Positions 12,735 through 23,966 of a stretch of DNA of 64,000 nucleotides are shown piece after piece (within the stretch, counting starts at the first letter, position 1; every line of letters begins with the position of its first letter). Under the pieces are notes generated by a model, which was given only the letters and a program-made list of their open reading frames with translations, ran no database searches and was not told the DNA's origin. The position numbers were made by a program, and so were the translations under genes. The stretch is from Yuukianura sp. NJ FZ-2021 (taxonomy: Eukaryota), in contig CM102289.1 of assembly GCA_046563655.1 (NCBI GenBank), positions 1,984,001 to 2,048,000 on the forward strand, given 5' to 3'.

Positions 12735-14727
12735 ATGTTACGCTTTTTGAAGTTTACTTTTATTTTCAGTTTCATTTGCGTAACAAAAGCAACCAGAAAC
12801 ATTGACCATCACACAAACTCGTAAGTTTACTCGACCAGAAATGTTGAACATCAAATCAAACTTTCGTTGCTCCAAAAAACAGACTTTTACTTTTGTTTAG
12901 TTTGTTTGTTTACTTTGTTTATTATTAACCAGTTTTAAATTTTTTGAAACTCAAATTTTTTAACTCTATTTCAGGAGAAATCCCAATTTGAATTATGGAT
13001 CATACTACAAAGGCCCTGTTTGTATTCCCAGCGCGCCAATGGAACATCCCCGCACAGTTGAAGAAGTTGGCGCCATAATTCGAAAAGCAATTGCAACCGG
13101 GACAACCGTGAAACCGTTGGGTATTCGTCACTCAGCAACGGATATAATCTGTACCGATGGAATCCCGGTTGACATGAGAGGCATTCGTGATATGAAGATC
13201 AACACTCCGGATTTAAGTGTCACCGTTGGGGCGGGAGCTACAATATACGAACTGACGGAATTTTTGAAACAAAATGGGCGCGGATTAGAAACAATTCCAG
13301 GATTTGGAAATTTGACGATAGGCGGAGCCATTGGAACTGGAGCTCATGGATCATCTATCAAATTCCAATCGTCGCTTTCTGACCTTGTGATTGGTGTAAC
13401 GATAATTGATGGACTCGGAATCACTCGGGTGATTTCGGATCCAACTGAACTTCGCGGATTTCGTGTACATCTAGGACTCCTCGGGGTCATTGTTTACGTG
13501 ACCTTAAGAACCGAGCCACTTTATAAGCTGCGTGGTCACAACTATCTTGCATCTGACTCATTCTTGTATGACGGTTCCCTCATTAAAGTTTTGCAAAAAT
13601 CGGACATAATCTCACTCTACTGGTTTCCAAATTCGAAACAAGTTGTTATTGCAAACTGGACAAGAGTTGACGTCAATACGCCGGGGGAGGCGTGGTCAAA
13701 TGATCACGTTCCGTCAACTTACGCAACGCTAAACAGCATTGCTGACCCGCTGTTCAACGGTTTACACACTCTGGACACAGTGAATCCACGGTGGGCATAC
13801 AAAATTTTAAAAGCTTTTGAAGCTTTTACAAAAACGACACTCCTCACTACCATTCCTGATTTCGCGCCAATTTACACTTACAATGGAGTCACCACTTCGA
13901 ATCCAGCAGTCGGTTTTTACCATAACATGATTTCGCCAATTTGTGATGACAGTGGTTTTGCACAGTGTATTTGGTTCCATGGTCCTTATAACATAACCCT
14001 TCTGGACAACGAATTTGCTATTGACATCAAAAATGTGCCAATCGTCGCCAGAAAATTGAAGGATATTATTTCAAAGTATCCAGCAGCATTTCCGTTACAA
14101 GGAATTTTACTTCGATTTTCAGCTCCGAGTGACACGTACATGTCAAATGCTTATGCAAAGTACACTTGCCATTTTGAATTCTACATGGTCCATTCTGCCA
14201 ATCCGTATGAAACAGCAACAGCAGGACTCGCTGCATTTCAAACCCTTCTGCAATCAATTGTAAGAAAACGCGTCAAAAGCGCGTCTTGTTTTTAATTTTA
14301 AACATGCACGTCAAAATTCCAGTTTTAAAGTCGAAATATGGATTCGACAATTTTTAAAGTATGCAAAAAAAATTTTTGTTTGCTTCGACTTTATCAGGTT
14401 TTCGATCATGGTGGAAAGTCGCACTGGGGAAAGTCGGGAATGGTGTATCACTCTGCTGGTGTTTTGGAGCGAAATTTGAATCCAATGGCGCGATGGTCAT
14501 TTTTGATGTTGATGAACAAGTATGATCCCAACGGTATTTTTCTCAATGACTTTGGACATCGACTCAGAGGATCTGGAACGAAAGTGAACTTTGACCCTGA
14601 CACGGTCCACTGCGCCCTGTTGGACAATTGCCTTTGCTCATCCAACAGAGACTGCGCAGACGGACAAAAGTGTAAACCTATTGAAGGATATCCTGACTAT
14701 CCTTCTTGTATAAATCCCTTAGTCTAA
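12735..14727 (+). CDS. Secreted L-gulonolactone oxidase-like FAD-linked oxidase (plant GULLO-type), exons 12735-12820, 12975-14259, 14398-14727
   Basis: Signal-peptide exon MLRFLKFTFIFSFICVTKA; FAD-binding motifs GIRHS and TIGGAIGTGAHGS, LGLLGVI; HWGK motif; KYDPNGIF; Cys-rich tail CALLDNCLCSSNRDC. Confidence 0.88.
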
Positions 14728-15382
14728 CAGTGTTCGTGCTCGAACTAAATAAAACCAAGTTCAGTGGAAGGTTTTTGGTCAAATATTGGTCAAAACCCAA
14801 TTAAGTGATAATTGGATACAATTTTGATAATACTTGCTACTAGAGCATCTGTACATCACGTTTCTGAGGTTGAATTATAACTGTGGCCGATGATTCTAAA
14901 AGATGTTATAGTTTTCTCAGTGATAATTAATTTTATTCAAACAACTAATGTAAAAAGTCATCGCATAAGGCTGGTTGAGTATAATGTGCAAAGTGGTTGG
15001 ATGTTTAAAGCAATGTTATGAATATTACATAAACCGTTGCAAACGTGACTTGTAAGTATGACGAAAAAAACGGAGTGCACGACCTGGAAATTGACTGAAA
15101 CCTGGATGTTAATAATCTGACAAAAGTAAGAGTTATGTGAAATATATTTATGAATGTATATTTTGCGATACTATATGCATTTTCATTAGGGTTTGGTAAC
15201 TTTCACATTAATTACTTGCTGCAATTATAATTCCACCTGTACATAAAATGCATACTAAAATGAAATTTGTTTCTACAAAACAACCTTGCTAATACTACAA
15301 TTTGAGTAGTTGTAACTTTCTAATAGTACGCAGATACCTTGTTCAACAGTAAGACAGTCACAGTGTTACCTAATGGACAACC

Positions 15383-16117
15383 ATGTTGTTGCCCCAATCA
15401 TCAAAATATTTCCTAGCATTATTGGCTCTGATTTCAATGTTGGGTAATGCAAACGGAAGGTCTTGGGCAACTGAAGACATCTTGGAGCCGCAGTGTGACA
15501 ACTGCGCATGCGTTGGTCAAAGTTTGCCTTACAATGACACTGGAGCTCAGCAAGCAGCGTTCAATGCAAAGTTCACTGTGATGTCCAGTCAGTTGGCTGC
15601 ATTGATGGTCAGTTTATACATTCGTGGAAGACCAATTTCCAGTGATGCCGATCTACAATCTGCGTGTCACTTCACTTATTATGATCTTGGAGTCGATGGA
15701 ATCATTTCCACTACGTGGAAGGTGCACAACGTAAAACTTAGGCGGAAATGGGATATGAAAAGTTCGGACGACCAAGGTAGTATTCCTTGCTTAGAATCAA
15801 AAAGCATGTCAGATGAACCTTCAGTTCGACGGTATTGTATACGTCGTCACAAGCATTTTGCAAAAATGAGTTCCAAAAACCACAGGATTTACAATGAATT
15901 AACTGGAAGTGGACGGATGAGGCGTATACTTGCTTGGACCGATGGAACAACAGTTATCAACACATTTTGTTACGGCGGCAGTTCAACCTACTCTGTGGAA
16001 TCTAAACTAAAGAGGATCAAACGGAAAACAAAAACGGCCATTCTTCTGATGTTGCAGAAACTCGGGTTCGATACGTCGAAAACAGTTACGTATTTAAACA
16101 AAAACTGCAAGGAATAA
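15383..16117 (+). CDS. Secreted intronless Cys-containing protein, possibly lipocalin/calycin-like
   Basis: 244-aa ORF with signal peptide. ILAWTDGTTVINTFC and C-terminal LQKLGFDTSK loosely resemble lipocalin SCR2 and the terminal helix. Family call is tentative. Confidence 0.55.
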   Translation: MLLPQSSKYFLALLALISMLGNANGRSWATEDILEPQCDNCACVGQSLPYNDTGAQQAAFNAKFTVMSSQLAALMVSLYIRGRPISSDADLQSACHFTYYDLGVDGIISTTWKVHNVKLRRKWDMKSSDDQGSIPCLESKSMSDEPSVRRYCIRRHKHFAKMSSKNHRIYNELTGSGRMRRILAWTDGTTVINTFCYGGSSTYSVESKLKRIKRKTKTAILLMLQKLGFDTSKTVTYLNKNCKE

Positions 16118-16597
16118 AAATGCATAGACCAAATACAATAATTGTATTTGTTCCGTGCATTTTAACAATTTTTATAGTTTGCATTAATTTTTTTTTACTG
16201 TTCCTTTTATTATTCCGAACAGAACGAATTGCATTAATTATTATTGCAAACTATAAGAATTCTTAAAAATATTGCCAACTATGAAAATTGCTAAAAATAT
16301 TGGAAACTGTTGGAAAAAATGTAAACAACAATAATAATTATTTTTAAAATTACTAATTAATAACAGCTACTTTATGCATCGGTCTTCTCCGTCTGTCTGA
16401 ACGCAGTTTTCACTGCGTCGAATTACAACTGACACCATGCTGTTTATTTGTAATGATCCAACAAACATTGTATTCTTGATCTACTACATTGTCTTCGTTC
16501 ATGTAACGTATTCCTTTGCTCGCAATTACTCACTACATTATGATTGCACGAAGGCAGTAGGTCTGTCTTAATACTGTTAGATTCGCATAGTGATAAA

Positions 16598-17788
16598 CTA
16601 AAATGCAATAAGCAAGTCTACTATTCTTTTCAGCACAATGTCGCCCCAAATAACAAGCAAAAATTCCCTCGTTTCAAAATCGAAGCTCCTCGCAACTTGA
16701 GTTTTGATTGGCCTCATTCCGTTCCAAAATTTTAGTTCGTAAAGATGACTTGTTCTCAAATATTTTTGCTTTCGTGACTTGATGATGTCTGAAGATGCCA
16801 AAAAAGTATTCGTCATCGTTTCAAACCACGAACAACAAACTAATGTTACAAAAATTACAATTACTATAAATGCTACAACCAAGAACGTCGGAATGTGTTC
16901 CTGTCTGAATACCATATAACTAAATACGATTACAATCGTGAGCAATCCTATGTAAAACACTGAAAATATTCTGTCAAATAATGTTCCAGCTGCTGCTGCC
17001 AGCACTTTGAACTGCAAGTATTCCGTCGGGAGGGAACTTTCAAATTTGTCTGAATTCGTAAATTTGAGAGACTCCAGTATCATAAAATTGTAAGTAATTA
17101 CCCAATGCCCAACTACAGACAAAGCCATGAGAGAATGGCCCAGTAAAATTGTTAGAATGAGAATCATGAAAAATTTGCAAATTGCAAATACAGTTTGTCC
17201 ATGGTCTGTCTCAAGGTCAACCCACATTGACACCAGAAAAGTGAGAAGTCTCATGACTTTGTCCATAGTAGCCGGCAAATACCACGTCAGAATGTAATGC
17301 CCGCCGAAGAAGAATTGCTGGTACCAGGTTGCAAAATTTGCAAAAACAAAGCAACAAAATTCGTACACTTTTGAGGACCTGTGACAACAGCGGAACTGCA
17401 AATTAAAAACGTGGTTCATTAAAACCACGCCCAGTTTTTGGTTTGACTCGAACAAAAGGAAAACGTCAGCGGCAAACATGGATCCAAAAAATCCGTTGAC
17501 TGCAAAAACGTAAACAGTTTCAAATTTGGAATTGATGCCGGCAAAGAGTTCAACGTTGCTGATAACCAAAAAACTGCCAACGACAAGTACGACGATGATT
17601 CGGATGAAACGAACAAGAGCGCGGTCGCTACCTATGATCAACCTGTCTGGTTCTCCGTCAACGCACTTGTAGTCTATATTACTAAATTTTAAAAATCGTT
17701 GGAAACCGTAAAGCACTTTGGTGTAACGGCGCGCCTTCTTGAAAACTTCTATATCATGTTGTATATCATTGTTTGGTGTAGGCTCCAT
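16598..17788 (-). CDS. Intronless divergent 7TM chemoreceptor-like protein (GR/OR superfamily)
   Basis: 396 aa with several hydrophobic helices; C-terminus MRPIKTQVARSFDFETREFLLVIWGDIVLKRIVDLLIAF resembles the three genes at 50-57 kb. Confidence 0.7.
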   Translation of the reverse strand: MEPTPNNDIQHDIEVFKKARRYTKVLYGFQRFLKFSNIDYKCVDGEPDRLIIGSDRALVRFIRIIVVLVVGSFLVISNVELFAGINSKFETVYVFAVNGFFGSMFAADVFLLFESNQKLGVVLMNHVFNLQFRCCHRSSKVYEFCCFVFANFATWYQQFFFGGHYILTWYLPATMDKVMRLLTFLVSMWVDLETDHGQTVFAICKFFMILILTILLGHSLMALSVVGHWVITYNFMILESLKFTNSDKFESSLPTEYLQFKVLAAAAGTLFDRIFSVFYIGLLTIVIVFSYMVFRQEHIPTFLVVAFIVIVIFVTLVCCSWFETMTNTFLASSDIIKSRKQKYLRTSHLYELKFWNGMRPIKTQVARSFDFETREFLLVIWGDIVLKRIVDLLIAF

Positions 17789-18562
17789 GACAACTTGTAT
17801 TCGAGCGTCTACAGAATTCGGAAAACATTTTTACAACATATTGAAATACAATTTTAAAAAGTTTAGAAAACTTGTACCGTTTAAAATACTTAAATCAAAG
17901 TTAAAAAATTACCAACTTTGACGGCAACTCGGACGTTGAAGAATATACTTTACCACTACAGTCAATGTTTACTTTTCTAAATTGTTACAAACCCAAATTG
18001 TCTAGAAGACAAAGCAGTCTTGTTTGTGGATTTTTCATTTGAAAATTGAAACTTGATTTGAAGTACCAGTCAGTTTTATATTGAACAAAAAAAACATTAC
18101 GATAAGTCGGGAAATGTTCTCAATGTAAATGTATTCCTCAATTACAGAATCTGTAAAATGCTTGTATTCCATCGGTTTTTGTTTCATCTACTTTTACTTT
18201 TGAATATTCAGTTCCTTACAGTATATCCTAATTTTTTTAGGAAACGACTCGTTAAGTCAATTGATCCATGTTTGTTGATGGATGAGAATTCTCATGAGTT
18301 TTCATTACCATTTACAAACAAGTACAAAACAAGCGACACACTGTGTCATATGAAATACTGGAACATTTTTGTGTTGTTGGCCTTGGCACATCCCACGTGA
18401 ATTCAAGGAAAAGACCCAATTTGCAAAATGTTTATGAAAATAAGACACGGCTAAAACCTTGTTCGGTTTTTAAAAAATTCGGAGGTCTCTTGTACGTGCA
18501 CTTGTCACCCCTACAAAAACGCGAAAAGTTTTTTTATTCATAAATGATTTATATCAGTGATA

Positions 18563-18827
18563 CAGAGCTCCTTTATGTTTTAAGTGTTTTAAGTGTGTAC
18601 GTCTGTCTGGGCATTTGCAGGAGTTACTTCAGAAGCCGTTCAGCAATTAATTATAGCTGCTTAACATCTATGTTAACCTTTCACCCCAAAAAAGCTGGCT
18701 CAGGAAAATGACGTTAGACAGTGCACGTCCATGGTTTGCCAACTATAATTAATTGCTGAACGGCTTCTGAAGTAGCTCCTGCAAATGCCCAGACAGACGT
18801 ACACAATTAAAACATAAAGGAGCTCTG
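18563..18827. mobile_element. MITE with ~90-bp TIRs and TA target duplication (Tc1/mariner-type)
   Basis: TA|cagagctcctttatgtttt...agccgttcagcaattaattatag is mirrored by ctataattaattgctgaacggct...cataaaggagctctg|TA. Confidence 0.85.
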
Positions 18828-19643
18828 TAGGACAAAGATCTTTGTTCAACGATGATAGTATGCTAGAGAACCACCATGACTCAAAATTTGACCAGTATGT
18901 TTATATAGTTCGCAAATGTTGTTTGCCGTTCCATAGCCATGTCAGTGTTAAACGTCTGCTGTTCTTTCGCTACTTTCCTACACCCGTATTACTTCGAATT
19001 TGCTTTTTAAAATACCAGGACAACCGTGTAGGTGTTAAAAAATTGCTACACGTTTTGGCCAGAATTCAATTCTGAGAAAATATAATGAGAAGCACAACTG
19101 TATTTACTTTACCAAACTTTTTCAAACAAAGTTTACCAAAGGTTGCTATAGCAACGATGGGTATGACGAATTCAACCAAGTAGTAACACTCGATAGGGAT
19201 GGAGGCGGTGGTTGCACTCCCCCTTACTTCAACCCTATGTCTCTCGTAAACAAAAATACAGTCGTATTTTTTTTATATACGATGGAAAATTATTAAGTAA
19301 ACTTCAATTAACATTAAGAAGTGATTATAATTAGTCGACTAATCTCTCGCTCCTTTTCTCTGTTCCTTTAGGTTCCAGAATAATCGCCTTGACACTAGTA
19401 TCCTTATTATCTTTTACGTATGACTTCCCTGACCTCTTGACCTCCATTTCTTGGATTCACTCGACTCAACTGCTGGGGTTTCACATCTGATTCAATATCA
19501 TTCCTCCAAGGCAACTTCTGGATCCAATTGAGAGGGAGTTGACTAATTCCTCTTCTGTAGGGTGTGTTGTTTCAATCAATCACGTCACGAATTGAGTAGT
19601 AACATAACATCGAAGACATACGAAGAGGAAACAACTGATCAAC

Positions 19644-21016
19644 ATGAAGAAAAAGGTGGGTGGTAGCTAAAACAGTAACGTAAATACCTTGTTAGGTCGT
19701 AGGACGTGTTAACTATATGTGCTGTCGGACTTCAGAAGTTTATAGTTTACAAATCATGAAACGTTTAAGTTTGAATCCCAGGTTTTATTTTTCATGTGTA
19801 TTTCTGTAGGTACTTCTGATGGGGAAAAGCGGATCAGGAAAGACGAGCATGAGGTCAATTATATTCGCAAACTACATCGCCAGAGACACTCGCCGGCTTG
19901 GTGCAACAAGTACGTTAACTCATTCTGGTCAGATCGTTTTTTTAATAATTATTGCTAAACCTTTTCGTTCTGCCTATTAGTTGACGTGGAGCATTCTCAT
20001 GTTCGGTTTTTGGGAAACCTGGTTCTAAATCTCTGGGATTGTGGAGGTCAAGAAGCTTTTATGGAGAACTACTTTGCGTCTCAACGGGACAATATCTTCT
20101 CAAATGTCGAAGTGCTCATCTACGTTTTTGATGTCGAGTCACATGAGCTGGAGAAGGACGTCCACTACTACCAGTCATGTCTCGAAGCTATTCTTCAAAA
20201 CTCGCCACAGGCAAAAATTTTCTGCCTTGTTCACAAAATGGATTTGGTGCAAGAGGAACAGAGAGACCTCGTAAGGATGAACGTCAATCAATGACCAACT
20301 TCGACCGGGACTTTGACTTACTTTTTGTTACTTTAACAGATTTTCCAGACTCGGCGTGATGATTTGAAACGTTTATCCAAGCCCCTTGACTGCACATGCT
20401 TCCGAACATCCATCTGGGATGAGACGTTGTACAAAGCGTGGAGTACCATCGTCTACTCACTCATTCCGAATGTTCGACAGCTTGAAAATTCTCTTTCCGA
20501 GTTTGCAAATATCATTGACGCTGACGAAGTTCTTCTATTTGAGAGAGCCACTTTTCTAGTAGTTTCTCACGCTCAAAGGAAAACACATAAAGACCCACAC
20601 CGTTTCGAAAAAGTGTCTAACATAATCAAGCAATTTAAGCTTTCGTGCAGGTACGTTACCTTAAACTCCCGAATCAATAATTCTGATAAATGTTGATTGA
20701 TTACTTTGCACTGAAGATCCTTTCTTGCTTTCTAGTAAACTGGCAGCTCAGTTTCAAAGCATGGAAGTGAGAAATTCCCTGTTCGCTGCCTTCATCGATA
20801 TTTTTACTCCCAACACCTACGTCATGGTTATCACTTCCGACCACACATTGCGTAAGAAGATGTCGTTAATGTTTACATCAATAGTACTACCTAACTAACA
20901 AGTATCATGGTTTTGTTCTAGCCTCTGCTGCTATGCTTGTCAACATCAAGAATGCTCGGAAGCACTTTGAAGTGATCGAAAAAGTCAACAGCAGTGGACC
21001 GCGGGTCTTGCGCTAA
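19644..21016 (+). CDS. RRAGA: Ras-related GTP-binding protein RagA/B (Gtr1 family), multi-exon
   Basis: [80 protein letters not shown]; canonical introns. Confidence 0.97.
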
Positions 21017-21189
21017 AACAAGTTTACTTACTAACTAGCATGTAATAATGACAAGGCAAACGATTTTACGATTTAGTTTTGCCTAGCATAACCATTAACC
21101 ACACGTTAATTTGAGTTTTTGTACGCAAACAAGTGAAAACTGAAATTAAACCCATTTATTCCGTTCCGTTAACGTAACAAATACGCGAA

Positions 21190-22979
21190 TCAATCAAGTG
21201 AAGTTGACGTTGGATTGCTGTCCTCCGGAGTCTTTTTGCAAAATGGCCTCGACATGAGAGGCTTATACACTTTTGCTTCTTTTCCCATCAATAAAGTATC
21301 GATAAGGGTAGGATTTCCGGTATCACTGGAACGCAAAGGCAAGTCCACCAACATTCCGTTTATCATTGCAGCTCTACAGAATTAGGCAAGGCATAATGTA
21401 CAGTTAGGTTCAAACTTTGTGTGAATTGATTAATTAATAAGCAGCTTTAAACTGCATTACTTGATTCTATGCTGTAGAGCAATTGCCTTGAACTCCCGTT
21501 TGACGTCTTCCAGAACTTTGGTGTCAATTATCCAAGGAACTTCTCCATGATCAACATCGAATAGCACCAAGGGAAAGTCCACAGCCATTGAATATTGTGG
21601 CTTGCTAAAACGGACGTTCGTAATCAGAATTAGACGAGCCAATTACCAATTGATTGTGGCTAAAAACAATTCAATTGATACCTGGGACACCGTTCTACAT
21701 CGAGCAGCTTAGACACAATGTTGGGTTCTTCGAGTCCTTTCCCGACCAACAAGAGAATAGCCACTATGCATCGGATTTGGTGCCACACGAAGGAACGAGC
21801 TTTGATTCTAAGGGCTACCACGTCCATACTCGCGTCTTCCAGTGTCACTTCGAAAATCTCACGCACTGGTGACTGTTTACCAGTTCGATCCATTTTGCAG
21901 AAATTCCGGAAGTCATGAACACCAACTAGGAAACTGGCTGCATCTAGCAGGCGCTGAAAAATAAGAACAAGAAACGATTAAAAACCTAGTCAATATTAAA
22001 ACATGCTCTAAACAAAAAAAAAACGACTTCCAGACTTCCACTCAGACGATGTTACCTTTGTGTCCAAGTCCTGCGCAGGGAAGTAGTATTTGTAAGTTCG
22101 ATGTACGCAGGTAAAACGGGCCGAGAAACTGGAGGGAACCGGAGCCCAGGCTGTGACACGAATCTCTTTCGGTAGAACTTTGTTTAGTAACAAGGGGTAA
22201 TTGATTTCTTCAACCTCTTCAGCATTGCATTCCTGCTTCTCGGCATTGGATGAGTGATCGACACTTGGAGACCTTGAAGCTCCGAGCGCCTGGTCCAAAG
22301 GAGGAAGAACTCCAATACCAGTTTTAGATTTACAGCGCAACGTCAGTGACAGAACCTGCGGATAGTTTTCAGATAACAACACTCATGCCTATTCGCTTGC
22401 ACTTTGGTTGAAAAGGGCCATTCCGTAAGCGGTATGATTCAGTTACTTGTGAGAATGCACTAACTCCCTTGTCAGTCCTCCCGCAACGCTGATAGTTTGC
22501 TGTTTCTCTGGACTTGATGAGCTTAGTTCTGAGAAGAGCGTTGAATAAATGAGCTTCAATTGTATGATTCGAATCTTCCTGTGATGCAAGACCATGATAA
22601 TCCCATCCCAAATAAGCAACTTTAAGAGCGACATGCCTCCGATACTGCCTGGAATTCACAATTGGAGTTACAAAAGTAAATTGTGTTGACATTTGACAAC
22701 TTATCTGTAACAAGTACAGGAGTCACGAGGGACATCAGAAAACGTAGGCATGATTTGGATTAATACGAACATGTCAAAGTTAAATGGCCGTTCCCTCTTC
22801 GCTTTCTTGCACATTGGTACATCGGTTGAATTCAGCTGTTCTCCCTTGTGAATCACATTTCTTAACTGCTTAACTTGAACCTTCAACTTCCGTATTTTGT
22901 CAATAAGCTCCAAGGTAGTACAACTCGCTAAGTCTCCGTCTCCATTCTTGTCCACCGCCTGGTATTCACAGATGTCCAT
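21190..22979 (-). CDS. PUS3: tRNA pseudouridine(38/39) synthase (TruA family, Deg1/PUS3), multi-exon
   Basis: RHVALKVAYLGWDYHG, CGRTDKGVSAFSQV, LNKVLPKEIRV, FSARFTC..RTYKY, GVHDFRNFCK, SFVWHQIRCI, KPQYSMA. Confidence 0.95.
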
Positions 22980-23560
22980 ACTTTCCAGTAAATCGTGTCG
23001 CGTTTCTGAAATTTCCGATTAATCGTAAAAGTTTTTTATTTATGATTTCATTTAATTAAGTTTTATACCTATGCCAGTTGACCTTCTGCTTTATCTTGCT
23101 TTGTTTTGCTGAGTTAAATATAAATTTTTACCTAGTTAAAATTTATTTGATTTCCTGAATTTTAAGAAAAACATACGGACTGAGATTCACATGAATCCGA
23201 AGATTAGTGTACCAAAATACTTTATTTCCTTGCATTGAGGACGCCGATGCACAATTGTACTCAACTTCAAGTTTAGTTAGCAACGAATGTACATTGTAGC
23301 ATGTAGCCAAGAACAAGTGTAGCTAACACATTGTAGCTACGGACCAGCGTAGCCAACGACAATTGTATCCAATGTATTGTGCCCATTATAGCAAGAAAGC
23401 GGCTAAATGGGCATGTAAGCTTACTATGATTTCCCTGAGTAATAATTTACCTGGGCCAATTAGATAATTTAATCAATTATATAGACTTTGAATAATACAA
23501 GGACGTCAAAATAACTTGCTGAAGTTGAAAATTGATATACTTTAGCGGTAACTGTTATCG

Positions 23561-23764
23561 GAAATGGGACTTAAAAAAATTAGGTTTTAGTAGTAAAGGT
23601 TAACGGGTTCAATACTGTCCTAGAGTATGCGGTTTCGGAATTACTCTACATATTAGGTGTTTGGTGAAAATCGTCCAGAAATGGGACTTAAAAAATTAGG
23701 TTTTAGTAGTAAAGGTTAACATGTTCAATATTGTCCTAGGGTGTGCGGTTTTGGAATTATTCTC
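23561..23764. repeat. Two tandem copies of an ~117-bp unit upstream of the RTK
   Basis: gaaatgggacttaaaaaa(a)ttaggttttagtagtaaaggttaac...gcggttt.ggaatta begins at 23561 and again at 23678. Confidence 0.85.
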
Positions 23765-23966
23765 ACAGGTAAGATTTTGTTAAGTATATAAATTTCAGCA
23801 GTGCTTCATATTCGTGGAGGAAAACCGCCACCGGAAATTTGTGTGTGTTTTTTCAGTTACGAAGAAAAAGAACGGAAAAAACTGGTTTTTCTTTTTGGAA
23901 TGCTTCAAGTTAAACAGTATCGAAGAGTAGCACAAATTTGACACTGCTTTAAAAAAACGAATAAAC

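Noticed and set aside
12988..14295. Bacterial contamination as the source of the oxidase gene
   Set aside because: Spliceosomal introns at identical positions in both paralogues, and contiguity with arthropod-type genes.
23250..23390. Short ~15-bp tgtagc-containing repeats, superficially array-like
   Set aside because: Degenerate minisatellite without constant repeats or unique spacers; eukaryotic context, not CRISPR.
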